A stretch of 64,000 bases of DNA from Nitrospirales bacterium (GTDB taxonomy: Bacteria > Nitrospirota > Nitrospiria > Nitrospirales > UBA8639), in contig OY820905.2 of NCBI GenBank assembly GCA_963555755.3, forward strand, positions 2,624,001 to 2,688,000, in the 5' to 3' direction. A program made the position numbers and the translations under genes. Every line of letters begins with the position of its first letter. The first letter of the stretch is position 1. Shown piece by piece: positions 31,846 through 42,843 of this stretch. The notes below the pieces were generated by a model. The model was given only the letters and a program-made list of their open reading frames with translations. It had not been told where the DNA came from and ran no database searches.

Positions 31846-32781
31846 CTATGCGCCGTAGCGGAGCCTCGCGACGGCCCCGCGGGCAGCGAGCTGGCCTCTG
31901 GCGTACCGGCCGGGCATTTCCGGCGACTTCCACCGGCCCGCCGTTTGCATATCGACAACGGAGGCCCCGGCCGCTGCGAGCGATTGCGCGGCGCCGACCC
32001 GGAGCGAATGCCCCGAAATGCGGCCCTCGACCCCGGCATCCGCCGCACGGCGCGCGATGATGCGCCGGAGCGAGCGGTCCGCTATGCGCTCGTTCCCCAC
32101 AACCCCGCCCCGCCGCACGCGCCGGAACATCGGCCCCGCCCGGTGGCCGGCCGCATCTAGCCAAACCTGCACGCGCCGCACGGTCGGCGAGCCTATGAAC
32201 TGCACGGCGCCCTCGCCCTTTTGGTCTGTTTTCGAGGACCGGATGGTGAGCCGGCCGGACCCGTCCGTTTCGGTGGCAAGGTCGGCGCAATCGAGGGCGG
32301 CGACTTCGGAAACCCGGAGCATTGCATCGGACATGAGGGCGACGATTGCCGCATCGCGGAGCCCGGCAAGCGAGCCCCCCCAATTCGCCGCAACGGCCCC
32401 GATTGCATCGGCCTGTTCCCATCGGATGCCAGCGACTTGCCCGCGGCCCCGGTCCCGAGCTTCCCGCCGGAAGCCGGCGAGCACGCGATCCGTTGCCGGA
32501 CCCGCGGGCGACGGCTGGCCGGCGAGTTTGGCCCGGAGCTTCGCCGCGGCGACTGCCTGACCGGCGACGGCGGGCGCGCGGCCCGCATCGCGCAACGTCG
32601 CGAGGTACGCGGCGAGGGCGCCATCTTCCAACGGCCGGCCGGCGAGGAACGAATCGAGGCGGGCGAGGGCGCCGGAGTAGGCGCGGCGGGTGTTCGTGGT
32701 GAGCGAGGCCGCGGCGAGGGTGCGGGCCGACTCGGGAAGCGTAGCGAGGGCGGCGGCCGGGGCGGGAATGAGCGCGGACAT
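31846..32781 (-). CDS. Cre-like tyrosine recombinase/resolvase
   Basis: RDAAIV..LRVSEV, SKTDQ, SGHSLRVG, GRWKS..M..Y catalytic set. Confidence 0.9.
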   Translation of the reverse strand: MSALIPAPAAALATLPESARTLAAASLTTNTRRAYSGALARLDSFLAGRPLEDGALAAYLATLRDAGRAPAVAGQAVAAAKLRAKLAGQPSPAGPATDRVLAGFRREARDRGRGQVAGIRWEQADAIGAVAANWGGSLAGLRDAAIVALMSDAMLRVSEVAALDCADLATETDGSGRLTIRSSKTDQKGEGAVQFIGSPTVRRVQVWLDAAGHRAGPMFRRVRRGGVVGNERIADRSLRRIIARRAADAGVEGRISGHSLRVGAAQSLAAAGASVVDMQTAGRWKSPEMPGRYARGQLAARGAVARLRYGA

Positions 32782-32802
32782 GGCGTGTTCCTGATAGGTA
32801 GG

Positions 32803-32832
32803 TAGGTCCGATAAACAGAATTATCGGACCTA
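32803..32832. other. putative recombination (res/lox-like) site
   Basis: Perfect 12-bp IR TAGGTCCGATAA-ACAGAA-TTATCGGACCTA just upstream of the recombinase. Confidence 0.75.
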
Positions 32833-32894
32833 TTATTGGGCGTTACAACCCCCCTGTGAGACGGTCGGATGCGACGTGTTCCCGTATTATTCCC

Positions 32895-33258
32895 CTCAGC
32901 CTGAATTTCAACTCCGTCCAATACTCTAAATACTTCAACATCAAAAGTTGGAGGAGTAGCAGTACTTTCTAAGTTGGTTATTTTAATCTTTAACTCATTA
33001 TTAGCATAAGCACCAGGATCAACTGAGTAGATAGCATATAAGCCAACAAGTTGATCGAAGTCAACAGTTACATCACCAGCAGAAGGTGCAGTAGCCCAAG
33101 TTACTGAAATAACTCTTGTTTCATAATTAACTGTACCAGTAACTTTTACTGTACCATCAGTACCTGAAATTACTCCATCACCGTCATCGGTAGCTACTTC
33201 ATCAGTAGCTCTCTTAATAGAGACTAAAGTAGGTCTGATAGGATTGTCAGAAGTGGAT
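32895..33258 (-). pseudogene. internal fragment of an AT-rich phage tail-sheath-like gene
   Basis: GTVNYETRVISVTWATAP..AIYSVDPGAYANNELKIKI..TFDVEVF; both ends cut. Confidence 0.6.
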
Positions 33259-34647
33259 GAGTTATACTTGAAAGTAGTGCCTGAGGTGAGTTGAAAAGAC
33301 GCGGCGTCTCGGGTTGAAATGGTTGTTCTCACAACACCCACCTTCAACCACAAAGGAGAGACGCCACGATGGAGAAGCGTAACAAAACAGAGCAAGAAGA
33401 GCGAGGAGGCCAAGACGAACTCACCGCATTGATTCGGACGGGAGCCCAGAAGCTGATTGCCCAAGCACTGAAAGTGGAGGTGGCTGACTTGTTAGCTACC
33501 TATGCTGGCCAGCAGGATGAGCAGGGCCACGCGCGGGTCGTCCTCAGTGGCCATCACCCGACGCGAGAGATTCAGACAGGGATCGGGCCGGTGACGGTGC
33601 AGGTCCCCAAGGTGCGCAGTCGAGCGGGGGAGCCTGCCACCTTTCGGTCGGCCTTGGTTCCACCCTACGTACGCAAGACGCGGAACTTGGAAGCGGCCCT
33701 CCCCTGGCTGTATTTGAAGGGCATCTCGACCGGGGAGATGCAGGCGGCTTTGGAAGTGTGAGTCGGTTCCGAGGCGAAGGGCCTCTCCGCTAGTACCATC
33801 GCCCGGTTAAAGCAGGTGTGGCGAGAAGAATACGACACCTGGCGGCAGCGACGGCTCGATGATGCACAGTGGGTCTATATTGGGGTGGATGGGATTTACA
33901 GTGGCCTGCGGGCAGAGACGCAACGGCTCTGTGCGTGAGTCGTCATTGGCGTAAAGAGCCAGGGGGACAAGCAGTTCTTGGCGATCGAAGACGGGGTGCG
34001 TGAGTCCACCCAGAGCTGGCGGGAAGTGCTGCTGCATCTCAAAGCCCGGGGGATGCACGCTCCCGAATTGGCCATTGGCGATGGCGCGATGGGCTTCTGG
34101 GCAGCTGTGGAGGAAATCTATCCGACCACGCGCCAGCAGCGGTGTTGGGTGCACAAGACGATCAATGTGCTGAATGCATTGCCGAAGAGTGGGCAGCCGA
34201 AGGCGAAACAGGCGTTGCAGGAGATCTGGCGGGCCGAGACCAAAACCGCTGCCACCCGCGCCTTCGATCGCTTTCTTCGAACCTATGAGGCCAAGTATCC
34301 GAAGGCCACCGCGTGTTTAGAAAAAGATCGGGAGGAGTTGCTGACATTCTATGCGTTTCCGGCTTCGCACTGGCAGAGTCTTCGCACCACGAATCCAATT
34401 GAATCGACCTTTGGAACAATTCGCCATCGGACCAAGCGGACCAAGGGCTGCCTGACTCGTGATGGCCTGTTACAGATGATGGTCAAGCTGGGACGATGTG
34501 CGGAGAAAAACTGGCGCCGCCTCCGGGGATTCAAGGAGTTGGAAAAAGTTATCACGGGCATTCAATGTACTGATGGCATCGAGGAAGCCAAGCTTGATCC
34601 GGTCGCCGCGTAATCAACAGCTCAGACACCAGATTTGACAATAGCTC
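33259..34647 (+). pseudogene. IS256-family element with two in-frame TGA
   Basis: Imperfect IRs GAGTTATAC../..CAATAGCTC; YLKGISTG, IGDGAMGFW, QRCWVH, LRTTNPIES; TGA at 33759 and 33936. Confidence 0.9.
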
Positions 34648-34810
34648 GTTTTTTCGCCGCTGGAGGTGGATCACCCGGGCATGCCGATCCCCAGATCCCC
34701 CCCCTCAATTTCGATGAGGCGGTGAACCCAGGGAAGGAAAATAACTCGCGAATCGATTTGGGATTTTTCATGGCGTGAGTTTACCCGTAAAGTGAACCAA
34801 TTTTCACCCC
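34648..34810 (-). pseudogene. ISL3-like 5' remnant
   Basis: MKNPKSIRELFSFPGF..GD..ARVIHLQRRK, cut by IS256. Confidence 0.4.
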
Positions 34811-35065
34811 CCACCGAATCTCTCAATACCTACATGAATGCTATGGTTTTCACTTTGTGGAACGCAGGATTCCGCCACACGTTTCCGCGTAGACCCATAT
34901 TTGTAATCTCAGATATACCTGAATATGGCAGTGAACTAGGCTCTTTATCCTTTTCCTTATGCTCATCTAACTCTTCTGGAGTTGGCACTGAAACTGGTAG
35001 TGTCATAATTTACCTCAATCATAGAGTGGACAAGAAATTTTTGTCCACTCTATTTCTCACCTAAG

Positions 35066-35978
35066 CTAGAATGCATACTTCATACTTAAAGTCATTGCCC
35101 AGAAAGATAAATCATTAGTCATAGCGTTATACTTCACCATATCGGCACGTTTGTTGTGAGATGCGTGGCTTCTTAGTTGATCCCATGCTACTGGATCACC
35201 TGAGAAATTACCTAAATCTGTCCATCTAAACTTTAAACCTACAGACAAAGGTTCAGTCCACTGGTAATCAACTCCTGCAATCGCTTGCCAGCCCATCATT
35301 ACATCAGAGAAAGTATTTCTACCAATAGAAGTAGTACCAGCTAGTTTAGCATTTAATGCATACCATCAGCTGCTATCTGCACCATCACCCGTAAAGTATC
35401 GCACCATCAAAGGTACTGATTTTGGCAGGGTCAGACTCCCTGGCCCACCTTGAGTAGTAGGCCATATCAACTTTAGCCATACCAACACCAACCCCAATGT
35501 AAGGTGTAAACTTGGACGAGTTATGAAAATCATAGTAAACATTCGCAAATAAGTTATGCGAAGTTAAACTATCTACAGCAGCTTCTAGTGCTGACAGCTC
35601 TTGAAGTTGTTTGGCATCTGCACCATCACTAGCTACACTATCTCGATCAGTACCTATATTATTGTGGCCTCTGTAGAAGTACTCACCTTCAAATCTGAGA
35701 TGATTCCACTTATAACCAGCTGATGCACCAGCCATTACGCCCCAGTTACTACCAAACTGTGACATCCAAGAATCACCAGCTGGGTTAGGACCACATTCAC
35801 CACCTGCTGTTTGACTATCATCAGGGTTTATAAATTGGTCACACTTGGAAGGATGATCGTTATCTTTCCCAGTTACACTCATTTCAGAGCCATCAGCCAC
35901 TCCCATATCCAGACCAATATACCAACCATCAGCAGCAAATGCTGGACTCGCTACTGCTAGCATAAAAGCTACTAACAT
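35066..35978 (-). pseudogene. outer-membrane beta-barrel (opacity/P44-Msp2-like) protein, frameshifted near 35370
   Basis: Signal peptide; GWYIGL, LRFEGEYFYR, FANVYYDF, PYIGVGVG, WQAIAGVDY; C-terminal KYAF. Confidence 0.7.
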
Positions 35979-36024
35979 TAAGAAATCTCATTTTAATCTC
36001 CTTTAGATTAAATACGATTAATAT

Positions 36025-36414
36025 TTAGAGCTTAGATAAACTCTTTTGGTAAAAATAATAACCAGCATTCTTATTAGGATTGTAATCATAATAAATTATC
36101 TTTACCTTTTTATCTTCATAAGAATTGTACTTAAACATAAAATCATGCTCATCCTCTAATGAGTTACCATGAAAATCAATGCTAGATAAGATACCTTTTC
36201 CTAAGAATACTCCTTTAGGAATGTTAATAAAAGACAATTCAGCTCGATTCAGACTGGCAGTATCTTTATGAGATAATAGACGCTTCTTACTCTTTAACTT
36301 GCTCTCTATCTGCTTGAGTAGATCCTTAAATTCCTTAACTGGAATCTTATCAGCAATTTCAACTGAATCAGAAGTAATAATCTTATAATTATCCACTGTA
36401 TTAATCTTTATCAC
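36025..36414 (-). CDS. AT-rich phage-like hypothetical protein
   Basis: GAGGAGG RBS; tightly packed with neighbours. Confidence 0.6.
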   Translation of the reverse strand: MIKINTVDNYKIITSDSVEIADKIPVKEFKDLLKQIESKLKSKKRLLSHKDTASLNRAELSFINIPKGVFLGKGILSSIDFHGNSLEDEHDFMFKYNSYEDKKVKIIYYDYNPNKNAGYYFYQKSLSKL

Positions 36415-36835
36415 CTCCTCTTCTATGAGGAGTTATCTTGATAGTCTTGCCTATGGATTCGCCTTCAAAAACTTCGTAGATACTAGTAACTTCGAAAGTT
36501 CTAGTCACAAGCTTTTTGTGTGAGTTGATAAAGTGCACTTTACCTAATGAAGATTTTTTTATGTCATCAGCAAATTTAGCTAGAGCTTCAATCGCAGGCT
36601 CCTCCTCAAATGAAGCTGAATCACCTCGCTGAGAATATCTATCAGGCCAATTTATGACCATTTTAGTATCTAAATAAGTACTACCACCGTATTCAATAAA
36701 GTCTCCATAGAAATCCCTATTAGAACTATCACTAGTCTCAATTGAGACTGGAGTTCCTATTAATTCTATATACTCATCACGCAAGCTTCTTTGCCTGTCC
36801 AGCACTGATCTCTAGAACTCATAAGTGGTAGCCAT
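36401..36835 (-). pseudogene. AT-rich phage-like hypothetical protein with in-frame TAG at codon 8
   Basis: MATTYEF*RSVLDRQRSLRDEY; ATG 36835 lies 3 bp after the upstream stop. Confidence 0.55.
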
Positions 36836-36838
36836 AAA

Positions 36839-37272
36839 TTACTCCACGCTAGTTATTTCACCTAAAAACCATATTTTCTTCAATGAATTGTAGTCATAAT
36901 TTACGTTGTAGTGGTTTCCATAATCATCTCTTAGAATAATTATAAAACAAATATCACCACTCGTCTTAAATCCATAAATAAAAGATTTAATTTTCCCACC
37001 TTCTATTTCCACATTTCGTTTCATGGACTTAAAAGAAGTAGGTGCATGATTTATAATCTTTTGCACATATTCTGTGGGCACTAAGTATCTGATAATGAAT
37101 CCTGATCCATCTTCATTGTACTCAAACTTACGTAGAGTCATATTAATCAGTATTGGAAGCATTTGAGAATGCCTCACCATCCTTAGGGTAAAAACTATCA
37201 AAATCATCTGAACTAAGCTCTTCAGTGGATGAGTATCCATCATCAGAAGATACTGCTTCTATTATCTTCATA
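36839..37272 (-). pseudogene. paralogue 1 of a tandem phage-like gene family (apparently frameshifted N-terminus)
   Basis: GDICFIIILRDD..YNSLKKIWFL, similar to 37444-37833. Confidence 0.55.
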
Positions 37273-37443
37273 AATACCTCATATATAACCAAGGTAAACT
37301 ATCCAAATTGTCTAAGCTTTAGGTAATGAGCTAATAGGTATATTACCTATAAGTTCTCCATCTGCAAAATATCTACCAATTTATTAGCAAACTTCATAAT
37401 CTCTCTAGCTTCAGTAGCATGTGGAAACTTAGTTCTTAGCAAA

Positions 37444-37833
37444 TTAACCTAACCTAGTTACATCATCTAAGTACCAGCTCTTCTTCACCGAATTATTATA
37501 ATACAATAATTTGTAGTGATTGTCATCATTATTGTCTCTCAGAACAACCTGAAAGCAAATATCACCATCTTCCGTTAATCCCCAAGAAAAGGATAAAATC
37601 TCACCACCATCTTCATCTAAATCTTTCGCCATACTTTTAAGACTTCTAGGAGACAATTTTAATAATCTTACCACATCTTCATCTCTAACAGTGTACTTGA
37701 CAGCATATCCCATAGTTACAGTATCAATATGATTACTCCGATGCATAAATTTCAGAAGATTTACCATATCAATATTCTTCAGACGCTGTGGATAAAAACT
37801 ATTATCCAGCATCTCTTCAATCATTATCTTCAT
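37444..37833 (-). CDS. paralogue 2 of a tandem phage-like gene family
   Basis: GAGG RBS, MKIMIEE; GDICFQVVLRD..NSVKKSWYL. Confidence 0.6.
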   Translation of the reverse strand: MKIMIEEMLDNSFYPQRLKNIDMVNLLKFMHRSNHIDTVTMGYAVKYTVRDEDVVRLLKLSPRSLKSMAKDLDEDGGEILSFSWGLTEDGDICFQVVLRDNNDDNHYKLLYYNNSVKKSWYLDDVTRLG

Positions 37834-37938
37834 AAATACCTCATATATAACCAAGGTAAACTAACAAAATTGTCTAAGTTTTCGGTAATGAACTAATAGG
37901 TATATTAAATATAAGTTCTCCATCTGGTAAAATATCCG

Positions 37939-38610
37939 TTGGGATTCACCACAGAAGAGTTCAACGCGATCATGGTCGGGGCGACTATTAGCGGCAGGAC
38001 GCTGAACTTCCCGACAGCGGACGGCGGCAGCATAGCCATCAATCTCCCGGCTGACATGGATACTCAGGACGGCGTGGTGAGTAGCGGATCATTCAGCGCG
38101 GACGGCATGATGCTGAATCTGGTGCTCGAAGACGGCACGGAGGTGCATATACCGGTTCCGGAGCTGTTCAGGGGAGCAGGACTCAGCGAGGCTGTGGTCA
38201 ACGATCTGATCGCCGCCGCGGGCCACGCATCTGCTACCGACGTGGCAAGTCTGGATGCCAGAGTGGCTGCGTTGGAGGGGGTGCCGCCGGGCATGCACTT
38301 GAGGTACTTCGGATTCTCAGCCGATCGGTCCGTCATGACAGCGGAGTTCGCAGATGCGAGTTCGTCGATGACCGACGAGGGAACGCTGCCCGCAAATACG
38401 GACGCAGCGTACCCGTACTTCGCGGTGCCGGAGACTGTCGGTGCGCCCGACAGCCTTCTGTTCCCGCCGAACCCGGTAGACCAGCTCTCATTCTACCAGC
38501 GCCAGGACGACACGGTGGACGACACCAACGGGGACCCGCATATCGTCTACATCGGATTCAACCAACTGCCGCCGGGTGGCGTCAGAGCCGTGAACCTCAT
38601 CTACAACTAA
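37939..38610 (+). pseudogene. GC-rich phage structural-like protein, 5' truncated
   Basis: Abrupt AT-to-GC switch at ~37936; DGVVSSGSFS..LNL, LDARVAALEG. Confidence 0.5.
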
Positions 38611-38621
38611 GGGAGCCGAGA

Positions 38622-39443
38622 ATGTTTCGACGCCTGACCTTGATCGCCGCCGCGGTCCTTCTGCCCCTGCTCGGCTGGGCGCAGACCTACACGCCGAACG
38701 CCGGCCAGCTCCCGTTCTACGGGCCGCTGCGCTCGGATTACATCGCTCCGGCCGGCAGCAAGATGCTGGACGCGCGGGATCTGGACGGGTTGTACGTCAA
38801 GTCGATCATCTTGAACGGGGCGATTCTCACCGCCACGTACCAGGACGCTGACAACGCCGAGCATTTGCTCAACGTCACCGTTGGCGGGGGCGGTGGGTTC
38901 GACGGTGTCCTGACGACCGCCGCGTACGAGTCCACCACGGAGGTGCTGACGCTCACCACGTCCACTGGTGGAGTGGTGACCGCCAGCTTCGCCGAGGTCA
39001 CCACCGCGGCCGACCTAACGGCTGCGCTTGAGGCGCTGGCAACGGTGCCGTCCGGCGGGGTGCCCGGTGACGTTCTGACGTGGCAGAGCGACGATACGTG
39101 GGACTGGGCGGCACCGGTCGGCGACGGCGTCGTTGAGGACGGTTCGGTGTCGGGCACGACGCTGACCCTGGACCGGACCGGGAGTCTGTCGGACGTGGTC
39201 ATCACCGGGCTGCCGCAGGACGGCGTGGTCGAGGACGGTTCGGTGTCGGGCACGACGCTGACGTTGGACAGGACGGTGGGCGCGGACGTGGTCATCACCG
39301 GGCTGCCGAGCGGAGGCGCCGCGGACGGCGTGGTCGAGGACGGTTCGGTGTCGGGCACGACGCTGACGCTCATCAGGACGATCGGCGGCGACGTGACGAT
39401 CACCGGTCTGCCACAAGGAGCCGCCGATGGCGTCGTGACCACT
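38622..39443 (+). pseudogene. repeat-rich tail-fibre-like protein, 3' truncated by IS630
   Basis: Three [18 protein letters not shown]...DV.ITGLP repeats; signal-like N-terminus. Confidence 0.55.
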
Positions 39444-40147
39444 GTCATCGTGCCACAGCGGCCCTTCTTCATCGGCAGACCTGGCTGCGTACGATCCAAG
39501 GCCTGAATCGAACTCTTCTCGTCCACACACAGCACCACGGCTTTTTCGGGGGGATTGAGATATAGCCCCACGACGTCGTGTCATTTCTCCTCAAACCGGG
39601 GGTCCGTGCTGACTTTAAAGTGCTTCACCAGATGGGGCTTCAAGCCATGGGCCTGCCAGACGCGCTGGACAAAACTATGCTGACAGCCTACGGCTTGCGC
39701 CATGGACCGGGTGGACCAATGGGTCGCCCCTTTGGGTGTGCCCTGGGTGGTCCGGCGAAGAATCTTCTGCCTCAACCTCGTTTGCTCTTCCGTCTTCTGG
39801 CCGCCGTGGTTGGCGCCGCGTGGCGCATCTTTGATGATCCCGGGGTAGCCTTGCGCCGCATACCGATTGCGCCATCGCCCCACTTTATGCGGATCAATCC
39901 CAAGCACCAGACTGATCTCTTTGTTGGTGTTCCCGGCCGCGGCAAGAAGAACAATCTTTGAACGTTCCACCAATCGGACCATACTGCGGCGACTTCGGAT
40001 CTGTCGTTGTAACTGCCTACGGTCCCTGGCTTCTAACGTGATAGGCACGGCTTGACGCATACGCCCCTCCTCAACACGAGCATGAATGATATCGTGATGA
40101 TACCAGAATGCGTTATAATGTACAATCTATTTAGGACACTACACTAG
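39444..40147 (-). pseudogene. IS630 5' fragment with TTA->TGA stop
   Basis: End TTTAGGACACTACACTAG; divergent isoform of 44554-45746. Confidence 0.9.
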
Positions 40148-40257
40148 CTCCTTCAACGGCCCTCGGTAATTCCCAGTCCCTGTGATGGGGCCCATGCTGC
40201 GGGAGAGCCCCCCAACCGGTGAGACACACTCGGCAAAGAACAGATTCGCATTGCCGC

Positions 40258-40287
40258 TTGACAGTGAACATCTGTTCACCGTATCCT
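40258..40287 (+). promoter_or_regulatory. lexA-like promoter with SOS-box-like palindrome
   Basis: TTGACA, GTGAAC-ATCT-GTTCAC in the spacer, TATCCT. Confidence 0.7.
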
Positions 40288-40296
40288 TGAGCCCTC

Positions 40297-40872
40297 ATGG
40301 ATTCCCGCTCGCATTTCCCGGCCATTGTCACGTTCTACCGCACGCACCAGCGCATGCCCACCTACCGGGAGATCATGCGGCTGGCCGGGTTTCGCTCCAC
40401 CAATGCCGCCGCGAAGCTCGTCAAGAAGCTCCTCGCCGCCCAACTTCTCCAGCAAGACTCCACGGGACGGCTCCTGCCCAGTCGCTTCTTTTCCGAGATC
40501 CGCGTGTTAGGCACGGTGGAAGCGGGCCTCCCCGCGCCGGCGGAAGAGGGCCACCTCGACACCATCAATCTGGAGGCACACCTCATCCGCAACCCGCAGG
40601 CCACCTACCTACTTCGGGTTCAAGGTGAGTCCATGATCGACGCCGGAATTCTCCCAGGGGATGCCGTCCTGGTGGAGCGCCGGAAGGAGGCCAAGACGGG
40701 GGACATCGTGATTGCCGAGGTCGATGGCGAGTGGACGATGAAAGTGTTCCGCAAGCGGGGGCGGCGCGTCTTACTGGAACCCGCGAACCCACACTTCCCG
40801 ACGATTGTCCCGAAGCAGCACCTGCGCATTGCCGCCGTGGTCATCGCGGTGATACGCACCTATCCCACCTAA
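40297..40872 (+). CDS. LexA-like S24 peptidase repressor
   Basis: RMPTYREI wHTH; VEAG cleavage site; GESMIDAGI Ser; WTMK Lys. Confidence 0.88.
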   Translation: MDSRSHFPAIVTFYRTHQRMPTYREIMRLAGFRSTNAAAKLVKKLLAAQLLQQDSTGRLLPSRFFSEIRVLGTVEAGLPAPAEEGHLDTINLEAHLIRNPQATYLLRVQGESMIDAGILPGDAVLVERRKEAKTGDIVIAEVDGEWTMKVFRKRGRRVLLEPANPHFPTIVPKQHLRIAAVVIAVIRTYPT

Positions 40873-41139
40873 GCCCACGGCGCCCGAACGATGCTGGCGG
40901 CCCTGGGGACAGCGATTCCGTCAACGCGCGGTGGCGCGAGCCCCAAGCCCACGAGCCCGGCTCCACCCGATGACACCCCGGCTCCCTACGAACGCCGCCG
41001 TCCCGAAGAGACCACGCTCTACCAGGTGATCCAAGATCACGTCGACACCTTCCTGGCTCAAGTCGAACAGGAAACCGGAACAGGCCTGCCCCAGTTTGTC
41101 AAAGACGAGTTCGAGGCGTTTCTGGAAGGCGGGATCTGA

Positions 41140-41319
41140 GGGCTCGCGAAACAATACCTTCCCAGAATTCGCGCCCAGATTTGGGTTAGATTGAGTCGAT
41201 CTGAGGGAGCAAAACTGCAGGCGTAGCAACGCCCACGTGGAGGATTTTGCGAGTGAAGATCGGCTCAAGATGGCCTGAAGCTGGGATGCGAAAATGGGAA
41301 GGTATTGTTTCGCGAGCCC
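41140..41319. mobile_element. MITE inserted in the ISCR transposase (second copy ~50627-50806)
   Basis: IR GGGCTCGCGAAACAATACCTTCCCA; 3-bp TSD TGA. Confidence 0.88.
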
Positions 41320-42843
41320 TGAGCGCACGGGGTTCTGCGCCTGCGATGTGGGGACCGCGCCCATGAGAAGCTGGTGGCCTTCTCCTGTAAACGCCGCGGG
41401 TTTTGCCCGGCCTGTGGCGCCAGACGCATGGCCGAGACTGCCGCCCATCTGGTGGAGCAGGTGATCCCTCACGTGCCCGTGCGCCAATGGGTGGTCTCGT
41501 GTCCTATCCCCTTGCGGCATCTGTTCGCGACCCAGCCGCAGCGGCTTTCCCCGGTGTTGCAAGTCATTCACCGCGCCCTCTCGACCTTCGTGATCCACCA
41601 CGCCGGCTTGACCCATGCCCAGGCGCAAACCGGCGCGGTGACCCTCATCCAACGCTTTGGCTCCGCCGCGAATCTCAACATTCATCTGCATTGCCTGATG
41701 CTCGATGGCGTCTATCGCCTCACCGACGGGGTCCCGATCTTTCAGCCCGTGCCGGCCCCTACCGCTGACCAGCTTCAGGCATTACTCACGCGGATCATCA
41801 CGCGGCTGCTGAAGATGCTCACGCGCCAAGGCGCGCTCATGGAAGAAGTCTCCGAGATTCCGTATCTGACCAATCCCGATGCCGATCCCGCCTTGGCCCC
41901 GCTGCAGGCAGCGGCTTGCACCTACCGCATTGCCCTTGGCCCCCGAGCCGGCCAAAAAGTGCTGACGTGGAAAGATCCATCATTGCGCCTGGCCAGTCAG
42001 GAGGCGCCACAATCAAAGGGCGGTGTCAGTGCGCAAGGGTTCAGTCTGCATGCGGACACATGGTGTGGTCCCCAGCCGCGACAACAACTCGAACAGCTCT
42101 GTCGCGACATCACCCGTCCGGCCTTGGGCCACAAACGCCTGCGCCGGACCCCAGCCGGCGAGGTCGTCCTCCAACTCAAAACGCCGTATCGCGATGGCAC
42201 CACCCATCTGGTGATGAGCCCGCTGGAATTCCTGCAACGCCTCGCGGCCCTCGTCCCGCGTCCCCGACTCCATCTCATTCGCTTCCATGGCGTGCTGGCG
42301 CCCAACGCGGCGCTGCGGTCCCAGATCGTGCCCGGCGAGGCCGATCAGGCGACGGACCCCGCCAATGAGGAGGGCGATTCCCTCGCTCCTTCAACACGAG
42401 CCCGCCTGAGTTGGGCCCAATGACTCAAACGCGTCTTCGCCATCGATATCACCACCTGCCCGCAGTGCGGCGGGCCATTGACCATCCTCGCGGCGATCGA
42501 GGATCCTGCGGTGATCATCAAGATTCTCACGCACCTGGGCTTGCCGAGCCGAGCCCCACCACGAGCCCCGGCCCGCCTCGACGCGTTCATGCAGACAGCC
42601 TAAGCTTCCACCTGGATTCCGGTTCGGGGCCCGAACCGACACCCCCTTTTTTTGCCCAGTTCCCCTTCGCACACGCCACAATGGTGCGTCATGCTGGGCC
42701 TGATCCATGGCAAAAGAGCCAGTCAGGCCCGTCGCGCAGGGTAATTCCTTCATGGCAGACTCTGGAGTTGGCAGATTGACCCCACAATGAGGTCTTTGGT
42801 ACTTTCCGGTTCAGTCAAAAAGGGCTTTTAAAATTCCTATTCC

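Noticed and set aside
31846..32781. Integron integrase with attC cassettes
   Set aside because: Cre-like motifs without the IntI insertion; no attC array recognised.
32193..33464. 423-aa ORF and similar junction-spanning ORFs (13245, 24999, 38738, 53500)
   Set aside because: Chimeric read-throughs across IS or fragment junctions, not real genes.
34810..37936. TAG read-through (code 15) in the AT-rich phage-like block
   Set aside because: TAG ends the OMP gene right after its canonical C-terminal Phe; the in-frame TAG at 36812 fits TAT->TAG.
39120..39440. CRISPR or DGR template/variable repeats
   Set aside because: In-frame protein repeats; no reverse transcriptase and no adenine-specific variation.
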